Assembly: GCF_000008665.1 (NCBI RefSeq)
Contig: NC_000917.1
Location: 1,170,001 to 1,202,000 of the forward strand
Source: Archaeoglobus fulgidus DSM 4304
GTDB lineage: Archaea; Halobacteriota; Archaeoglobi; Archaeoglobales; Archaeoglobaceae
Length of the DNA: 32,000 nt
Direction: 5' to 3'
Shown here: one piece after another, positions 28,851 to 32,000 of the stretch
How positions within the stretch are numbered: the first letter of the stretch is position 1
Layout: each line of letters starts with the position of its first letter
The notes under the pieces: model-generated
The model's input: the letters and a program-made list of their open reading frames with translations, nothing else
Told to the model about the DNA's origin: nothing
Database searches by the model: none
Position numbers and translations under genes: made by a program

Positions 28851-30365
28851 TTACACACCTCTTCTTCCGTAAACTTCCAGCACCATTCCCGAAACCACAA
28901 TTGGCCTCTCGGTGTTCGCAACCTCTATTGCGTTGTCGAGCTTCCACTCCTTCTCGGCGTAGATGGTGAGAAGCGGGTCTCCGACCTTTACAACCTCACC
29001 CCTCTTCTTGTGGACATAAACTCCCGCTCCCTTGTCCTTGGGAGCGCCTGCTGTTCTCGCTATTTTCACGATGCTTTTATTGTTTACCGAAACCACCGCC
29101 CCTTCCACCTGAGAGGTGAGTGTGTAGGTCTTATCTCCCACCGCCACGTCCTCGGCCTTAACGCTCTCATCTCCTCCCTGAGCCGCAACAATCTCCCTGA
29201 ACTTCTCAAGCGTTTTTCCGCTCTCGAATATCTTCCTGGCATGCTGATAGCCGTTTGTGGCTATGCCGGTCATCTCGAAGAGTATTCCCGCTATGCCAAG
29301 GGACTTCTCAACCAGACTCGAAGGACCTCGTCTGTCCTCCATCGTCTTAAGCGCTTCCCTTGCTTCCAGCGCGGGGCCAATAGCCCTTCCCACGGGCTGA
29401 CCTCCGTAGGTTATTGCCGCCATGACGTTAAGCCCGAGCCTTCTGCCGAGCTCAATGAAGTCGTTTGCCAGAGACCTGCCGACCTCCACCTTCTCAATCT
29501 TTGCCCCCTCCCCAACGGGAATGTCGATTACGACATGCTTCGCTCCAACCGAGCCCTTCTTGGCCATAACGCTGGCAAGAAGCTGCGGTCTGGGATCGAT
29601 GGAGAGGGGATGTTCGACCCTTATTATTTTATCATCTGCCGGAGCTATGTTCGTCGCCCCTCCCCAGGCAATGACTCCCCCCACTCTCTCCGTAATCTCC
29701 TTTATCTCGTCAACGCTCAGATTGACGTTTGCGAGAACCTCCATAGTGTCTGCCGTTCCGCTGGCTGACGTTATCGCTCTGCTTGCTGTCTTCGGAATTA
29801 AGAGCCCCGCCGCAGCAACAGTCGGAACGATGAGCAGGGATATCTTGTTGCCCGGCACACCGCCAATGCTGTGCTTGTCCACAACCGTTCCCCTGTCAAA
29901 CTCAATCCTCTCTCCGGTTTCAATCATCGACCTCGTTAACCACTCTATTTCGTCAAAATCCATCCCGCGAAGCATCGAAGAAATGACAAAGGCTGTGAGC
30001 TCAACCTCGCTCAGAGCGTTGTTGGTTATGTCCTCAACTATCCTCCTGATTTCATCCTGGCTCAGCTTCTCGCCCCTCGTCTTCTTCTTTATCAGCTCAA
30101 CGCTTTTTGGTTTCGGAGATGGAAACACATCAACCTCAGCACCGTCCGATATTCCAAGCTCCATTGAAGCGAGGTCTGTTAATCCGACAAAGCCCTTCTC
30201 AACGATTTCCCTCGTTATCTGTACTGTGGCGACAACCCCCGCCTTGCCGTACCTCACCCTGACTCTATCCCCCTCTCTGACGCCAAGCTCGCTTGCATCC
30301 TCTTCGTTAAGAATCACGGCAAACCTTCCCGACTTGAATGGAACTCTAACCGCCTTGAAAATCAT
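28851..30365 (-). CDS. deoA: AMP phosphorylase, copy nearer citrate synthase (thymidine phosphorylase family)
   Basis: Likely start MIFKAVRVPFKSGRF (ATG at 30365). DKHSIGGVPGNKISLLIVP, TSASGTADTMEVLANV, GGATNIAPADD. Confidence 0.92.
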   Translation of the reverse strand: MIFKAVRVPFKSGRFAVILNEEDASELGVREGDRVRVRYGKAGVVATVQITREIVEKGFVGLTDLASMELGISDGAEVDVFPSPKPKSVELIKKKTRGEKLSQDEIRRIVEDITNNALSEVELTAFVISSMLRGMDFDEIEWLTRSMIETGERIEFDRGTVVDKHSIGGVPGNKISLLIVPTVAAAGLLIPKTASRAITSASGTADTMEVLANVNLSVDEIKEITERVGGVIAWGGATNIAPADDKIIRVEHPLSIDPRPQLLASVMAKKGSVGAKHVVIDIPVGEGAKIEKVEVGRSLANDFIELGRRLGLNVMAAITYGGQPVGRAIGPALEAREALKTMEDRRGPSSLVEKSLGIAGILFEMTGIATNGYQHARKIFESGKTLEKFREIVAAQGGDESVKAEDVAVGDKTYTLTSQVEGAVVSVNNKSIVKIARTAGAPKDKGAGVYVHKKRGEVVKVGDPLLTIYAEKEWKLDNAIEVANTERPIVVSGMVLEVYGRRGV

Positions 30366-31879
30366 GACCACCACCTTCCCATCGTGTACCTCTCTATAAT
30401 AACCCCTGAAATCTCGAAGGCCTGCTTGGTGTTCGCAACCTCTATTGCGTTGTCGAGCTTCCACTCCTTCTCAGCATAGATGGTGAGAAGCGGGTCTCCG
30501 ACCTTTACAACCTCACCCCTCTTCTTGTGGACATAAACTCCCGCTCCCTTGTCCTTGGGGGCTCCTGCTGTCCTTGCTATTTCGTTAAGGGCTGCTATGT
30601 CTATTTCCCTAACGTAACCCTCCTTCGCAGCGTGGAGAGTGTAGGTCTTATCCCCCACCGCCACGTCCTCGGCCTTAACGCTCTCATCTCCTCCCTGAGC
30701 CGCAACAATCTCCCTGAACTTCTCAAGCGTTTTTCCGCTCTCGAATATCTTCCTGGCATGCTGATAGCCGTTTGTGGCTATACCGGTCATCTCGAAGAGT
30801 ATTCCCGCTATGCCAAGGGACTTCTCAAGCAAGTCCCCTTCAACCTTCCTCTCCATAACTTCGAGAACCTCTCTCGCCTCCAGCGCGGGGCCAATAGCCC
30901 TTCCAAGGGGTTGAGAGCCATCTGTCAGAGCCGTTGCAACCTTGAGGTTCAAGTTCCTCCCAATTTCCATCATAGCATTTGCGAAGCCTCTTCCGACGTC
31001 AACGTTCTCGACCTTGGCCTTCTTTCCAACCGGAATGTCGATGGCGACGAATCTTGCACCGCTTCCCAGCTTTTTGGACAGCACACTGGCCATTAGATGC
31101 GGTTTTGGGCTTAGCTCCAGCTGGTATTCGACCCTTATTATTTTCTCATCAGCCGGGGCAATTCCCGTGGGGGCGTTCCATGCTATAACCCCTCCAACTT
31201 CCTCGGTAATCTCCTTTATCTCGTCAACGCTCAGATTGACGTTTGCGAGAACCTCCATAGTGTCTGCCGTTCCGCTTGCAGTGGTTATGGCTCTGCTTGC
31301 TGTCTTCGGAATTAAGAGCCCCGCCGCAGCAACCGTGGGGACGGCAATCAGCGAAAACCTGTTTCCGGGCAACCCTCCAATGCTGTGCATGTCCACAACC
31401 GTTCCCCTTTCGAAAACTACCCTTTCTCCGACTTCGACCATCGCCTCGATCATCCACTGAATCTCGTCGTTCTGCATCCCTACAATCTCGTTTGCAAGTA
31501 TGAATGCAGAGATTTCAATGTCCGAGAGTACGTCAGATGAGATGCTGCCAATTATGTCCTTAATCTCCTCTCTTTCGTATTTAGCTCCGTTAAGCTTCTT
31601 TCTTATGTATTCGACCGACTTCGGCCTGGCGAAGGGAACAATCTCAACCACGCACTCCTCGGAAAGGCTGCACGTCTCGGCGGTGAAGGTGCAAACTCCA
31701 GCTTCCCCACTGCTAATGAACTCCTGAGAGATCTCAACCTCCGCTACGAATGATTTGCCGTCATAGCTAACCTTCACTCTGTCTCCCGGAAGGAGACCGA
31801 GTTCAGCCGCGTCATCCTGACTCAGAACAACAGCAATCCTTTCGGTTCTGAGGGGCAAGGTCTTTATCCTGAACTTCAT
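30362..31879 (-). CDS. deoA: AMP phosphorylase paralog, upstream copy
   Basis: 505-aa ORF. VDMHSIGGLPGNRFSLIAVP, TTASGTADTMEVLANV, NAPTGIAPADEKI. 4-nt ATGA overlap with the downstream copy. Confidence 0.9.
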   Translation of the reverse strand: MKFRIKTLPLRTERIAVVLSQDDAAELGLLPGDRVKVSYDGKSFVAEVEISQEFISSGEAGVCTFTAETCSLSEECVVEIVPFARPKSVEYIRKKLNGAKYEREEIKDIIGSISSDVLSDIEISAFILANEIVGMQNDEIQWMIEAMVEVGERVVFERGTVVDMHSIGGLPGNRFSLIAVPTVAAAGLLIPKTASRAITTASGTADTMEVLANVNLSVDEIKEITEEVGGVIAWNAPTGIAPADEKIIRVEYQLELSPKPHLMASVLSKKLGSGARFVAIDIPVGKKAKVENVDVGRGFANAMMEIGRNLNLKVATALTDGSQPLGRAIGPALEAREVLEVMERKVEGDLLEKSLGIAGILFEMTGIATNGYQHARKIFESGKTLEKFREIVAAQGGDESVKAEDVAVGDKTYTLHAAKEGYVREIDIAALNEIARTAGAPKDKGAGVYVHKKRGEVVKVGDPLLTIYAEKEWKLDNAIEVANTKQAFEISGVIIERYTMGRWWS

Positions 31880-32000
31880 TGAACTTCAAAAACTCTGAAA
31901 GAATATTAACTTTTTCTCGCTATCGTGAAGAAGTTATAGATAATGTTGTTTATGTTTAAAAATTCTCACCTGAAAAGGTTTTAAAGCTGACGACAATTTA

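Noticed and set aside
29422-30399. Long (325-aa) plus-strand ORF opposite the AMP phosphorylase gene
   Set aside because: Ser/Thr/Pro/Leu-rich antisense artefact of a GC-rich conserved gene. The minus-strand frame has clear family motifs.
1-32000. CRISPR array, tRNA, rRNA, transposase or integrase genes flanking the AT-rich island
   Set aside because: By eye, no spaced direct repeats, tRNA-like cloverleaf/TPsiC motif, transposase ORF or terminal inverted repeats were found. A computational scan (tRNAscan-SE, CRISPR finder, ISfinder) would be needed to be conclusive.

Overview
This 32 kb window is archaeal. Gene content, order and exact protein features match Archaeoglobus fulgidus (recognised from memory; no database search was run). 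Most of it is an ordinary, densely packed euryarchaeal gene set: threonine synthase, GMP synthase subunit A, a TtuA/Ncs6-like PP-loop enzyme, an M50 protease, a group II PLP decarboxylase, an FGGY kinase, an MFS transporter, EngB, a GlpA-like oxidoreductase, a MEMO-type radical SAM enzyme, GalT, GINS, L44e, S27e, CobD, a DHH/RecJ-like protein, CobQ, L10e, citrate synthase and two tandem AMP phosphorylases. The exceptional region is an AT-rich island at about 5.2-8.5 kb. It carries a compact, translationally coupled minus-strand operon: an N-L1-L2-like Argonaute partner, then the AfAgo/Piwi MID-PIWI protein, then an uncharacterised 340-aa protein with hydrophobic C-terminal segments. The partner gene is longer than the ORF track shows. 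An open 5' extension of at least 60 codons, a strong Shine-Dalgarno plus ATG at 8363, and an apparent 1-nt frameshift near 8318 reconstruct a protein of about 249 aa. The third gene is a candidate membrane effector, comparable in layout to the Sulfolobus SiAgo/Aga1/Aga2 system. A truncated methyltransferase remnant at 4814-5205 marks the left island edge. Other items are a frameshifted small membrane protein at 16805-17084 and tandem AMP phosphorylase paralogs with near-identical DNA blocks, suggesting gene conversion.
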